This document shows, piece by piece, positions 1 to 8,767 of a DNA stretch of 64,000 bases (its first letter is position 1; every line of letters starts with the position of its first letter). The notes below the pieces were generated by a model that was not told where the DNA came from, searched no databases, and saw only the letters and a program-made list of their open reading frames with translations. This stretch comes from Minisyncoccota bacterium (lineage in GTDB: Bacteria; Patescibacteriota; Minisyncoccia; Phycocordibacterales; Phycocordibacteraceae): the NCBI GenBank assembly GCA_022842945.1, contig JALHOO010000001.1, positions 93,830 to 157,829 on the forward strand, given 5' to 3'. The position numbers were made by a program, and so were the translations under genes.

Positions 1-1363
1 TGGATGGAAGACTCAGAACGCGAACTCTATCTCTATCGACAACGGTCTTGGTATCGTTACACCAACCGCAGAGGGATCGATAATTGTTAACCCAACACAA
101 ACCACGACCTACATTGCAACCGTTACAGGTGCAACAGGTTCCGTGAACTGTCAGACAACCGTTACGGTCACCACTATCGTGCAGGGTCCTATGTGCGTGA
201 GCCTTTCGGCAAACCGCACAAGCATCAACGAAGGGGAGTCAGTTATTCTTTCGTGGGTAACCTCAAACGCTTCGTCCGTATCTATCGATAACGGTGTCGG
301 TGTGGTAACGCCAACGTCAAGTGGTTCGGTAACCGTAACTCCTGGTGACGACACTACGTACACCGCAACCGTTCCTAACGCTCCGTTCAACGAGAACTGC
401 CGCGTCTCAATCTCGGTTGATGAAGGTGGTGGTGGAGGCGGAGGTGGTGGTGGGGGCGGTCGCCGCAGTGCACGTGTTGGACTTGAGTCCTTCGTGCCTG
501 AGCTTGAAGAGCCTCTCTCGTTCGTGTACCTCTCTGAGGTCCCGTACACCGGTCTTGAGCTCGGTACCTTCGGAACCGTTCTCTACTGGCTCATGCTTAT
601 CGGATGGAGTGCTGCACTCGCATACCTCGTCCTCTTCAATGCTGTTCCGTTCGCTCTCGCTCGCGCAAAGCGCTTCGGCGGCTCTGTGAAGGAGGCACTA
701 CAGACGGAGGTATCAGCACCTGACAACCATAGTGCTCCCGTAGTACATGCGTCAGCACACGCTGCAGACCATGGACACGATGCACATGCACCAGCTCCCG
801 TACCTACAAAGCCCGAGGGCTACAACGCACACGACGGATTCCGTTCGTTCGCGGCAGGTGCAGGTCTAACCATCGACGACATCGTGAAGGGTCTCTCTCG
901 CGAGATTGAGCAGAAGCACCAGGCTCCGGCACACGCTGAGATACTTGAAGCGGTTCGTGCAGAGGCACCGACTCCAGCTCCAGTAGCTCCTCGCTACGTT
1001 CCAACGCCTGCTGCAGCTCCTGTAGCCGCACCTATGAACGAGGACGTCCGCGACTTTATTGCCGCACTCCTTAACGGAGACCGCGATACCGTCTTCGGCA
1101 TGATCCGCTCTATGGCGCGCCAGGGACAGGACACCGAGGCATTCGTCTCGCATGCCGCTTGCGCACTGGACGACGCATACCGCGCCTGCATCGATGGCAC
1201 CACCTGCCACCCAGACATTGCAGAGCTCACCAACGGATGCCACCCATCCTACCTCGAGCGCCTCGTTGCTTCGCTTACAACAGCGGTAGACGGAAGCTAC
1301 TCAGCAGGTATGACGGGTGTGAAGATGGCCCTTACGCGCGCACTTGGCGTTGTGGCTGGGTAA
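1..1363 (+). CDS. 5'-truncated surface/membrane protein: two ~60-aa Ig-like tandem repeats, poly-Gly linker, one TM helix, His/Pro/Ala-rich cytoplasmic tail
   Basis: The ORF is open to the window edge in the frame beginning at nt 2. Repeats WxTxNAxSxSIDNGxGxVTPT...TTYxATV occur twice. A GGN x12 codon run lies at about 425-460, followed by a hydrophobic helix (LYWLMLIGWSAALAYLVLF). Confidence 0.6.
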   Translation, partial: GWKTQNANSISIDNGLGIVTPTAEGSIIVNPTQTTTYIATVTGATGSVNCQTTVTVTTIVQGPMCVSLSANRTSINEGESVILSWVTSNASSVSIDNGVGVVTPTSSGSVTVTPGDDTTYTATVPNAPFNENCRVSISVDEGGGGGGGGGGGGRRSARVGLESFVPELEEPLSFVYLSEVPYTGLELGTFGTVLYWLMLIGWSAALAYLVLFNAVPFALARAKRFGGSVKEALQTEVSAPDNHSAPVVHASAHAADHGHDAHAPAPVPTKPEGYNAHDGFRSFAAGAGLTIDDIVKGLSREIEQKHQAPAHAEILEAVRAEAPTPAPVAPRYVPTPAAAPVAAPMNEDVRDFIAALLNGDRDTVFGMIRSMARQGQDTEAFVSHAACALDDAYRACIDGTTCHPDIAELTNGCHPSYLERLVASLTTAVDGSYSAGMTGVKMALTRALGVVAG

Positions 1364-1681
1364 TCAGCACTCACGTATACGCAGAAACACCCCGGTCAAA
1401 CTGGGGTGTTTCGCTATACACCATCCAAACACCATCTTCATGGAGGGAGCGTAGAATAGAGGATAGGTAAGGGGCTGTTCCTTGCTGAACTCGATTACGG
1501 AAGGGATTAGCGATGCTGCGTCATTTCCAGGTATTCGTTCCGCGGTATGTGCTCGTCAGTGCTGTCCTCGGCGTGACGGTCATTCTGACTGGCCCGCGCT
1601 GGATCCAATTGATTGATTTCCTGTAGGTCAGCGTAATCAAAAAGGCGCCGGAACTCCGGCGCCTTTCGACGTTTCAAACTC

Positions 1682-3427
1682 TTACGCGCGGTCCTTAATC
1701 TCGGTAGTGATGCGAGAGACGAACTCCTCAACAGATACTGCACCTTCTTGTCCGCGGTCGCGGCTTTCAACAGACACCGCCTTCGCTTCAATCTCCTTGT
1801 CGCCAATAACAAGCATGTAAGGAAGCTTCTCTTGCTTTGCGGCTCTGATGCGCTTGCCGAGCGACTCCTTCGAATCATCAAGCTCAACGCGCACCCCGGC
1901 AGACTTGAGGGTCTTGAAGACCTCTGTCGCGTAGTCTGCTTGCGCGTCTGAGACCGGAAGAACACGGGCCTGTACGGGAGCGAGCCAGGTTGGGAAGGCA
2001 CCTGCGAAGTGTTCGATAAGGAAGCCAATGAAGCGCTCGTGGGTGCCGAGCGGCGCGCGATGGATAACGGCCGGAACCTTCTTCTGCCCATCCTTATCGG
2101 TGTACTCAAGACCGAACCGCTTGCCCATGAAGAGATCGAGCTGGTTTGTTGAGGCCGTGAATGCGCGTCCAATAGTAGAGAAAATCTGGAAGTCCATCTT
2201 TGGTCCATAGAACGCAGCGCCCTCATGAACAACCTTGTACGGCACGCCGGACTTCTCCATGGCCTCAATAGTCATGCGTTCTGCATCCTTCCAGTCCTCT
2301 TCGTCGCCGTGGTACTTCTCCATATTGTTAGGATCTCGAAGCGCGAGCTCCATAACGTAATCCTTGATGCCAAGCGTCTTGTAGTAGTACTCGTGAAGCT
2401 GGATAACGCGCACGAACTCCTCAACGGCCTCTTCCTTCTGAATGTAGATGTGCGCGTCGTTCATCTGCATGCCGCGTACGCGCATGAGTCCAAAGAGACT
2501 GCCGGAGTCTTCGTACCGGTGGCACCAGCCGTACTCTGCGTAGCGGACAGGGAGGTCACGGTAGCTTTTCGGACGAGCCGCGAACGCCTTGTGATGGAAC
2601 GGGCAGTTCATTGGCTTGATGTAGAAGTTTGCGTCCTCAATTTGGATAGGCGCGTACATGCTGTCCTTGTAGAGAGGTAGGTGGCCGGACGTGTAGAACA
2701 GATCCTCCTTGGTGATTATCGGTGTGGTGATGCGCTCATAGCCCCACTCACGCTCTGTCTCCTTTGCCCAGTTCTCAAGTTCCTCTTTGATGATGTTTCC
2801 CTTCGGGAGCCATATAGGGAGTCCTTTGCCGATAGCCTCGTCAAAATGGAACAGATCGAGTGCTTCGCCGATAACACGATGGTCGCGCTTCTTCGCCTCT
2901 TCTTGCTTCGCCTGGTACGCCTCCAGCTCCTTCTTGGTATCAAAGGCAAGGCCGTAGATGCGGGTGAGCATCGCGTTCTTCTCGTCGCCGCGCCAGTATG
3001 CGCCTGCGATGCGCTCAAGGATGAATGAGCCCTTCTTTATGTCGTGCGCAGGCTGTTCTGAGTGTCCGCCACGGCAGAGGTCCGTGAAGTCGCCTGCGGT
3101 GTAGAGCGTGATAGATTCTCCAGCCTCAACAATGCCGTCGATGAGTTCGAGTTTGTAGGGGTTTCCGCTGAAACGGTCGCGTGCGTCCTCCTTAGAAACC
3201 TCAGCACCCGTCATGCTGGTCCATGAGGGAAGTATCTCCTCCATGGAAGCCTGGAGCTTCTCAAGATCAGCCTCCTTGGGAGCCTCGCCTCCTGAGAAAT
3301 CGAAGTCGTAATAAAAGCCATTCTCAACTGCGGGGCCAATAGTTGGCTTTGCGTGCGGATACCGTTCTAGGACCGCGCTTGCGAGTACATGGGCGAGGGT
3401 GTGTCGTTTTTCTTCGAGGGATGCCAT
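1682..3427 (-). CDS. thrS: threonyl-tRNA synthetase, lacking the N-terminal TGS domain
   Basis: Class II aaRS core and anticodon-binding domain; the editing-domain start HTLAHVLA is present; length is 581 aa. Confidence 0.93.
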   Translation of the reverse strand: MASLEEKRHTLAHVLASAVLERYPHAKPTIGPAVENGFYYDFDFSGGEAPKEADLEKLQASMEEILPSWTSMTGAEVSKEDARDRFSGNPYKLELIDGIVEAGESITLYTAGDFTDLCRGGHSEQPAHDIKKGSFILERIAGAYWRGDEKNAMLTRIYGLAFDTKKELEAYQAKQEEAKKRDHRVIGEALDLFHFDEAIGKGLPIWLPKGNIIKEELENWAKETEREWGYERITTPIITKEDLFYTSGHLPLYKDSMYAPIQIEDANFYIKPMNCPFHHKAFAARPKSYRDLPVRYAEYGWCHRYEDSGSLFGLMRVRGMQMNDAHIYIQKEEAVEEFVRVIQLHEYYYKTLGIKDYVMELALRDPNNMEKYHGDEEDWKDAERMTIEAMEKSGVPYKVVHEGAAFYGPKMDFQIFSTIGRAFTASTNQLDLFMGKRFGLEYTDKDGQKKVPAVIHRAPLGTHERFIGFLIEHFAGAFPTWLAPVQARVLPVSDAQADYATEVFKTLKSAGVRVELDDSKESLGKRIRAAKQEKLPYMLVIGDKEIEAKAVSVESRDRGQEGAVSVEEFVSRITTEIKDRA

Positions 3428-3491
3428 ATGCGTACGAGAATAGCATATATAAGGAAAATGGCGGCTCCCGGGGGAGCCGCCACGTTCGTCT

Positions 3492-3785
3492 TCAGGCTGT
3501 ACGAAGTCGTCCGCGCCAGTTGGCGCGCACGAAAGGAGCGGTCATTTCTCGGCTTCGCTGGGCCATGTACGCATTGTGGATGCGCAAACAGAAGTCACGG
3601 ATCCCTTGTTCGGTCTTGGGTCTCTCGAACGCGCTGACGCCGAGAACCGCTCGTTCCTCCGTGCTGAGTTTCTGCCAAATAGGGTGCAGTGCATCCAGAT
3701 GCTCCTTGTTGGGCACGACGATTCCTTTCATCGCGGCCTTGGAGAAACGCTCTGGCGGGAAGCCGATAGCTCCGAAGTCTCTCAT
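3492..3785 (-). CDS. hypothetical protein (97 aa)
   Basis: A start is chosen at the internal Met (MRDFG), which is preceded by AAGGAG at 6-nt spacing. The longer GTG-start version in the track would overlap the upstream terminator hairpin. Confidence 0.4.
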   Translation of the reverse strand: MRDFGAIGFPPERFSKAAMKGIVVPNKEHLDALHPIWQKLSTEERAVLGVSAFERPKTEQGIRDFCLRIHNAYMAQRSREMTAPFVRANWRGRLRTA

Positions 3786-3829
3786 CACACTCTCCTTATG
3801 CTGGTCTGTGTGTACACTATCGCACTTCA

Positions 3830-3873
3830 GTGGTAAGGAAAAGGAAAGTGGCGACTCCTTTAGAGTCGCCACT
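3830..3873 (-). terminator. intrinsic terminator of the small ORF downstream of dnaE
   Basis: Perfect 10-bp stem GTGGCGACTC/GAGTCGCCAC with a 5-nt loop, followed on the minus strand by TTTCCTTTTCC. Confidence 0.45.
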
Positions 3874-3875
3874 CG

Positions 3876-4022
3876 CTACAAAATCGTTGTCGGGTCCTTG
3901 GGTGCTGTGTGAGCGTCTGCTTCAGGATTCACCGGTGCCTTCGGAACATCGATACGGCTACGATCACGACGCATCTCGTTTACGAGCCTCTTAAGCTCTC
4001 GGTCTACATTTCCTTTTTCCAT
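3876..4022 (-). CDS. small hypothetical protein (48 aa, MEKGNVDRELKRLVNEMRRDR...)
   Basis: ATG preceded by GGAGG at 5-nt spacing; the terminator follows immediately. Not in the ORF track because it is shorter than 60 aa. Confidence 0.35.
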   Translation of the reverse strand: MEKGNVDRELKRLVNEMRRDRSRIDVPKAPVNPEADAHTAPKDPTTIL

Positions 4023-4044
4023 GTAATCCTCCGACAGCACCCTA

Positions 4045-7000
4045 TCACAGCAGTTTCAAATTCTCCACGGACAGCGACGTCTCGCCGTTGCGCCCAGACA
4101 CAGCCGCTTTCAAAAGAAGACAATTCCCAGGCACCATAAGCTCCGCTTTCTCCGTGAAGGTCTTCGGGAAGAGTACCCCCTCGATGCTGTCGGTCTTGTC
4201 AGAGACTTTGATGAAGGCCATCTTCTCGCCCTTCTTTGTAAGAAGAGTACGTACTTCGTCTACAAGAACCGGGACGATAACAATCTGGCCAACCTTCGGA
4301 TCGCTCTTAATCTCAGCGATGGTAACACCGGCTTTTGCAGTCTTGTCGGTGTGCGCATCAAGCGGATGGCCTGATACGTAAATACCAAGGAGCTCCTTTT
4401 CCCAGAGGAGCTTGTCCGTTAGGGACGTGTCGCCAATAGCGGAGGGAAGATTGAGAGTGGGTGCGGCAAAACTAAAGAGGGAGTCTTGAGCGGGAGCTGC
4501 GGTTGCTTCTCGGTGGAAGGTAAGGAGCGTCTCAATGTGTGCAAGAAGATGTGCACGGCTTCCGTCTGGTCCCGCAAGTGCGTCCATAGCTCCAGACTTA
4601 ATAAGACTCTCCAGAGACTTCTTGTTCAGGTTCTTTGAGCCTACGCGCGAAAGGAACTCTGAGAGAGATGCGAATGGACCGTGCTCGTTGCGCTCTTTGA
4701 TGATGGCCTGGGAGATACCTTCTCCGAAGTTCTTAATGGACGTGAGACCAAAGCGCACGGTGTCTTTGTTTTCTCCCGCAACCGTAAAGTCCGCACCCGA
4801 CTCGTTAATGTCTGGAGGAAGGACGGGGATATTCAAGCGCTCTGCTTCAGCAACAAGGATAGCTATCTGGTCTGTGTCGCCGGCGTCAGCGGTGAGGAGG
4901 GCGGCCATGTACTCAACCGGATAGTTGGCTTTCATGTACGCGGTCTGGTACGCCACCTTTCCGTAGCAGGCAGCGTGTGCCTTGTTGAATCCGTAGGCCG
5001 CGAACGGCTCAATAAGGGTCCAAATCTTTGCGGCTTTAGCTGGGGAGAGTTTTCCGTATTCTTGGAATCCCTTCATGAGCTTCTCCTTCTGGGCCTCCAT
5101 CTCTGCCGGAATCTTCTTTCCCATCGCCTTGCGGAGCGTGTCCGCCTCAAGCCAGGAGTACCCGCCAAGGGTAATGGCGGTGAGGAGCACGTCGTCCTGG
5201 TACACGAGGAGGCCGTAGGACATGTCGAGGTAGTCCTTCATGCGTTCATCGATGAACGTAATGAGACGAGCGTTCTGCTTTCGCTCAATGTACTGCGGGA
5301 TGGTTTCCATCGGGCCCGGACGATACAACGCAACCATGGCGTTGATGTCGTGGATGGTGGTGGGGCGCAACTCTTTCAGGTACCGCGTCATACCGGAGCC
5401 GTTTAACTGGAAGGTTCCTTCCGTCTCTCCGCGAGCGAGCATGGCAAACGTCTTTGCATCGTCTATGGGAACGTTCTCGATATCAATCCAGATGTCCCTC
5501 GTCTCTTTCACACGCTCAACCGCGTCAGAGAGAATGGCGAGGTTCTTGATGCCGAGGAAGTCGAACTTAAGGAGACCTGCGTCCTCAACCGCATGCATAT
5601 CAAACTGCGTGATGCGCTTCTCTGGGTTCTTCGGATCGAACTGTACCGGTGTCCATTCCCAAAGCGGGGTGGGGGCTATAACCACGCCGGCCGCGTGTAC
5701 GCCCGTGTGGCGTACGCATCCTTCGATGCGCTGCGCGAGGTCGATTATTTCCTTCACGTCGTCATCCTCGTCATAGAGCTGCTTGAGTTCAGGTTCAAGC
5801 TCAAGTGCGTGCTTTATGGTCATAGGGAATCCTTGGCTTCCCATAGGAATGAGTTTGGCGATGCGGTCTCCGGTGCGGTATGCGTGGCCCAAGGCGCGCG
5901 ATACGTCACGCACGGCTGCGCGTGCCATAAGGGTTCCGAAGGTACCAATTTGCGCTACCTTGTCCTCGCCGTACTTCCTGCGTGCATACGCAATCATCTC
6001 GTCTCTTCGGTTGTCGGCGAAGTCCATATCGATATCCGGCGCCTTAGGACGCTCAGGGTTCAAGAAGCGCTCGAACGGGAGCTTGTAGAAAAGGGGATCG
6101 ACGTTGGTTATGCCGTTTAGGTACGAGACAAGCGAGCCTGCTGCAGAACCGCGGGTTGTGGACATAATGCCGGCGGACTTTGCGAACTCAAGGAGATCAG
6201 ACACCGCGAGGAAGTACGGCGCAAATCCCTTGGAGATAATCACGTCGAGTTCGTACTCGATACGCGTCACAACCTCTTCGGTCTTCTCCATGCCGCGCAT
6301 AGAGAGTCCGTCATAGGTCTTCCGGCGCAGTTCGTCTGCATGCGATACGCCTTCCGGGAGGATAACCTCAGGGAAGTTCCAGCTGCCGAGTGTCATCGAT
6401 ACTGTACAGCGGTCTGCAATCTCTCCGGACGCGTCTACCGCTTCCGGTGCATGTGCAAACCATTCGCGCATGTCCTTTTCCGTAACGAAAGAGAAGTTCT
6501 CTTCTTGGTTGGCGTCTCCGCGGTTTCCGTGTCCGATCCGGCGCATAACTTCCGTTGCTTCGCGATCGTCAGGCTTTAGATAGTACACGTCGTGCTGGGC
6601 AACGAGCGGGACGCCTGCTTCTTTGGAAAGTTTCTCAATAGCCCTCATACGCTCTGGGTGTCCCTCAACTTTCGGGTGGTGCGAGATCTCCAGATACACA
6701 TTCTCTTTGCCAAAGATGCTCACGTACTCTGCAAGGGAAGCGGCAGCCCCGTTCGGGTCTCCGGCCTTCAGTGCTTGTGCTACATCTCCGGCAAAGGACG
6801 GGAGTATGGCGATGAGTCCGTCCTTGTGTTCGCGAAGGATTCCTTTGTCCATACGTGGCTTCTCGCAGAAGCCCTCGAGGAAGGAACGCGTAACGAGCTT
6901 CATGAGGTTTTGGTATCCCGTATTGTTCTCTGCCAGAAGCACGAGGCGAGAACGCTTCGTATCGTTCATGTCGGTACGGTCTCTTGAGGCTATGTACGCA

Positions 7001-7203
7001 TCAACACCGAAGACGGGCTTCAATCCAGCTTTCTCTGCTTTCTGGTAGAACTCAACCGCGCCATGCATGTTGCCGGCGTCGGTGAGGCCCAGTGCGTCCA
7101 TGCCCTGCGCCTTCGCTTCTTTAACGAGCTCTGGAACCTTGGGGAGCGCCTCAAGGAAGGAGTAGTGGCTGTGGGTGTGGAGGTGAATGAAGCGGCCGGC
7201 CAT
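4045..7203 (-). CDS. dnaE: DNA polymerase III alpha subunit
   Basis: 1052 aa with an N-terminal PHP domain (HLHTHSHYSFLE), polymerase core and C-terminal OB fold. Confidence 0.95.
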   Translation of the reverse strand: MAGRFIHLHTHSHYSFLEALPKVPELVKEAKAQGMDALGLTDAGNMHGAVEFYQKAEKAGLKPVFGVDAYIASRDRTDMNDTKRSRLVLLAENNTGYQNLMKLVTRSFLEGFCEKPRMDKGILREHKDGLIAILPSFAGDVAQALKAGDPNGAAASLAEYVSIFGKENVYLEISHHPKVEGHPERMRAIEKLSKEAGVPLVAQHDVYYLKPDDREATEVMRRIGHGNRGDANQEENFSFVTEKDMREWFAHAPEAVDASGEIADRCTVSMTLGSWNFPEVILPEGVSHADELRRKTYDGLSMRGMEKTEEVVTRIEYELDVIISKGFAPYFLAVSDLLEFAKSAGIMSTTRGSAAGSLVSYLNGITNVDPLFYKLPFERFLNPERPKAPDIDMDFADNRRDEMIAYARRKYGEDKVAQIGTFGTLMARAAVRDVSRALGHAYRTGDRIAKLIPMGSQGFPMTIKHALELEPELKQLYDEDDDVKEIIDLAQRIEGCVRHTGVHAAGVVIAPTPLWEWTPVQFDPKNPEKRITQFDMHAVEDAGLLKFDFLGIKNLAILSDAVERVKETRDIWIDIENVPIDDAKTFAMLARGETEGTFQLNGSGMTRYLKELRPTTIHDINAMVALYRPGPMETIPQYIERKQNARLITFIDERMKDYLDMSYGLLVYQDDVLLTAITLGGYSWLEADTLRKAMGKKIPAEMEAQKEKLMKGFQEYGKLSPAKAAKIWTLIEPFAAYGFNKAHAACYGKVAYQTAYMKANYPVEYMAALLTADAGDTDQIAILVAEAERLNIPVLPPDINESGADFTVAGENKDTVRFGLTSIKNFGEGISQAIIKERNEHGPFASLSEFLSRVGSKNLNKKSLESLIKSGAMDALAGPDGSRAHLLAHIETLLTFHREATAAPAQDSLFSFAAPTLNLPSAIGDTSLTDKLLWEKELLGIYVSGHPLDAHTDKTAKAGVTIAEIKSDPKVGQIVIVPVLVDEVRTLLTKKGEKMAFIKVSDKTDSIEGVLFPKTFTEKAELMVPGNCLLLKAAVSGRNGETSLSVENLKLL

Positions 7204-7253
7204 TACCCATAGAATACACCCGCGACTTATTCCATGCGAAAAAGGATTCCTGT

Positions 7254-7871
7254 GTGGAATTTGCTATGGTGCATAGCATGCAGTATGTCGTTGGTGTAGA
7301 CGAAGCAGGACGTGGTCCCCTAGCGGGCCCGGTTGCTGTGGGTGTAATCGCCGTTACGGAGGGGTACGACATTCTTTCCATGTTTCTGGGACTCAATGAC
7401 TCAAAGAAACTTTCAGAGAAGAAGCGCGATGCGCTATTTAAGATTCTTCAAGAAGAGATTAAGAACGGAAACGTGTTCGCAACCGTTACGCTCGTTAGTG
7501 CGGCTCGCATCGATGCGAAGGGTATTGCACCTGCCGTTCGGCACGGGGTTGATACGGGCGTACGAAAACTTCTCCCAAATCCTAAAGAAGGGAAGGTGTG
7601 GCTCGACGGATCCTTGAAGGCTCCTGAAGAGTACGAGCAAGAAACCGTTATAGGAGGAGACGGTCTTGTCCCTGCCATTATGCTTGCGTCTATTGCCGCG
7701 AAAGTAACGAGAGACCGAATGATGCTGAAGCTTGATACTGAGTATCCGCTGTACGGATTTGCGGGACACAAAGGATACGGGACCAAAGCGCACACGGAAG
7801 CCATAAAGCTGCATGGTCCATGTGTAGAGCACCGAAGGAGCTTCCTAAGAAATATTCTCAGCCACCTATAG
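7254..7871 (+). CDS. rnhB: ribonuclease HII
   Basis: VGVDEAGRGPLAGPV motif. GTG start with AAGGA 7 nt upstream; an alternative ATG lies at 7278. Confidence 0.9.
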   Translation: MEFAMVHSMQYVVGVDEAGRGPLAGPVAVGVIAVTEGYDILSMFLGLNDSKKLSEKKRDALFKILQEEIKNGNVFATVTLVSAARIDAKGIAPAVRHGVDTGVRKLLPNPKEGKVWLDGSLKAPEEYEQETVIGGDGLVPAIMLASIAAKVTRDRMMLKLDTEYPLYGFAGHKGYGTKAHTEAIKLHGPCVEHRRSFLRNILSHL

Positions 7872-8277
7872 ATAGAGAACGGGCCCGGCGATAGACTGCC
7901 GGACCCGCGAAGCCGCTTAAAGCGACTGAGGGCTTATAGCGAGGTCTGGATTGCTCCTATCCTCGATATGAGCTGAACGCTACATCCCGCGTTCAAAGGG
8001 TTGAGAGATCCTCGATTTCTATCCCCAGGGAAGAGAGACCCTGTTCCGTCTTCGAGGATCCGTCTGGTGCCGCTTTATCATGTCGGTGCCTTTCCTGACA
8101 GCCGAGGTCGAAATTGGGGTCACCCGGCAGGCACGAGCTCTTGCAAGCGCCTAACCGCTACCTCTCGCCGGAAATGGCGGGCGAGGGTAGTACCTCCTCT
8201 ATAGCATTCAGTCTCAGGAAAACCAAGGAGTACGGGCCCTTCCGGAAATAAAGGAGGTGTGGTAGGGTATTCCCACT

Positions 8278-8646
8278 ATGACCGTACGAATGCGCCACAC
8301 CAGTTCGCACACCAAAAACCGCCGCAGTCACCATGCGCTCGTTGAGGGTGCGATCGTAACCGACAAGGAATCCGGAAACCTCCGCCTTCCACACAAGATT
8401 GATGAAGTAACCGGTATGTACCGTGGCAAGCAGATTGCAGCACCACGCCCACTCGTGAAGAAGAGCAAGAAGGAAGGTCGCGGCGAGCGCTCTCAGGTTG
8501 AGATTGCCGACACCAACCCTGTAGCAGTGAAGAATGATGTTGTGGCGATGGAGGCAAAGAAGGAGGTGAAGAAGGGATCTATCCTCGACAAGAGCACCAA
8601 GGGTCGCTCGACAACCCGTTCTGGATTCGGAGGCGGTAGCGCATAA
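8278..8646 (+). CDS. rpmF: 50S ribosomal protein L32 with a ~65-aa basic C-terminal extension
   Basis: N-terminal 56 aa match L32 (RHTSSHTKNRRSHHAL...YRGKQI); the tail is K/E-rich. Confidence 0.8.
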   Translation: MTVRMRHTSSHTKNRRSHHALVEGAIVTDKESGNLRLPHKIDEVTGMYRGKQIAAPRPLVKKSKKEGRGERSQVEIADTNPVAVKNDVVAMEAKKEVKKGSILDKSTKGRSTTRSGFGGGSA

Positions 8647-8663
8647 TCTCTCCACGCGTTTGC

Positions 8664-8699
8664 AAAAGAGCCGGGCACTCCCGGCTCTTTTGCTTTCTT
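8664..8699 (+). terminator. rpmF intrinsic terminator
   Basis: AAAAGAGCCGGG-CACT-CCCGGCTCTTTT followed by GCTTTCTTA. Confidence 0.6.
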
Positions 8700-8767
8700 A
8701 TACACAGCACAGTGCTATAGCGAGATACACTCCTTTACTGCTATGCTGTCCCTACGTTCTTTCCTAT

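Noticed and set aside
421-466. GGT/GGA/GGC repeat tract considered as a noncoding microsatellite or CRISPR-like repeat
   Set aside because: It is in frame inside the surface-protein ORF and encodes a poly-Gly linker. There is no repeat-spacer periodicity.
1507-2268. 253-aa antisense ORF inside thrS, and many similar long antisense ORFs (e.g. 10439-11278, 21220-22125, 24156-25105, 51695-52450)
   Set aside because: They overlap well-supported conserved genes on the opposite strand. They have Arg/Ser/Ala-rich low-complexity composition typical of shadow ORFs in high-GC DNA, with no motifs or RBS.
7862-8277. RNase P RNA or SRP RNA gene in the rnhB-rpmF spacer
   Set aside because: Only weak partial matches to the conserved P4 or helix-8 motifs. 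The order of motifs is inconsistent with RNase P. It is left as a low-interest finding rather than a feature.
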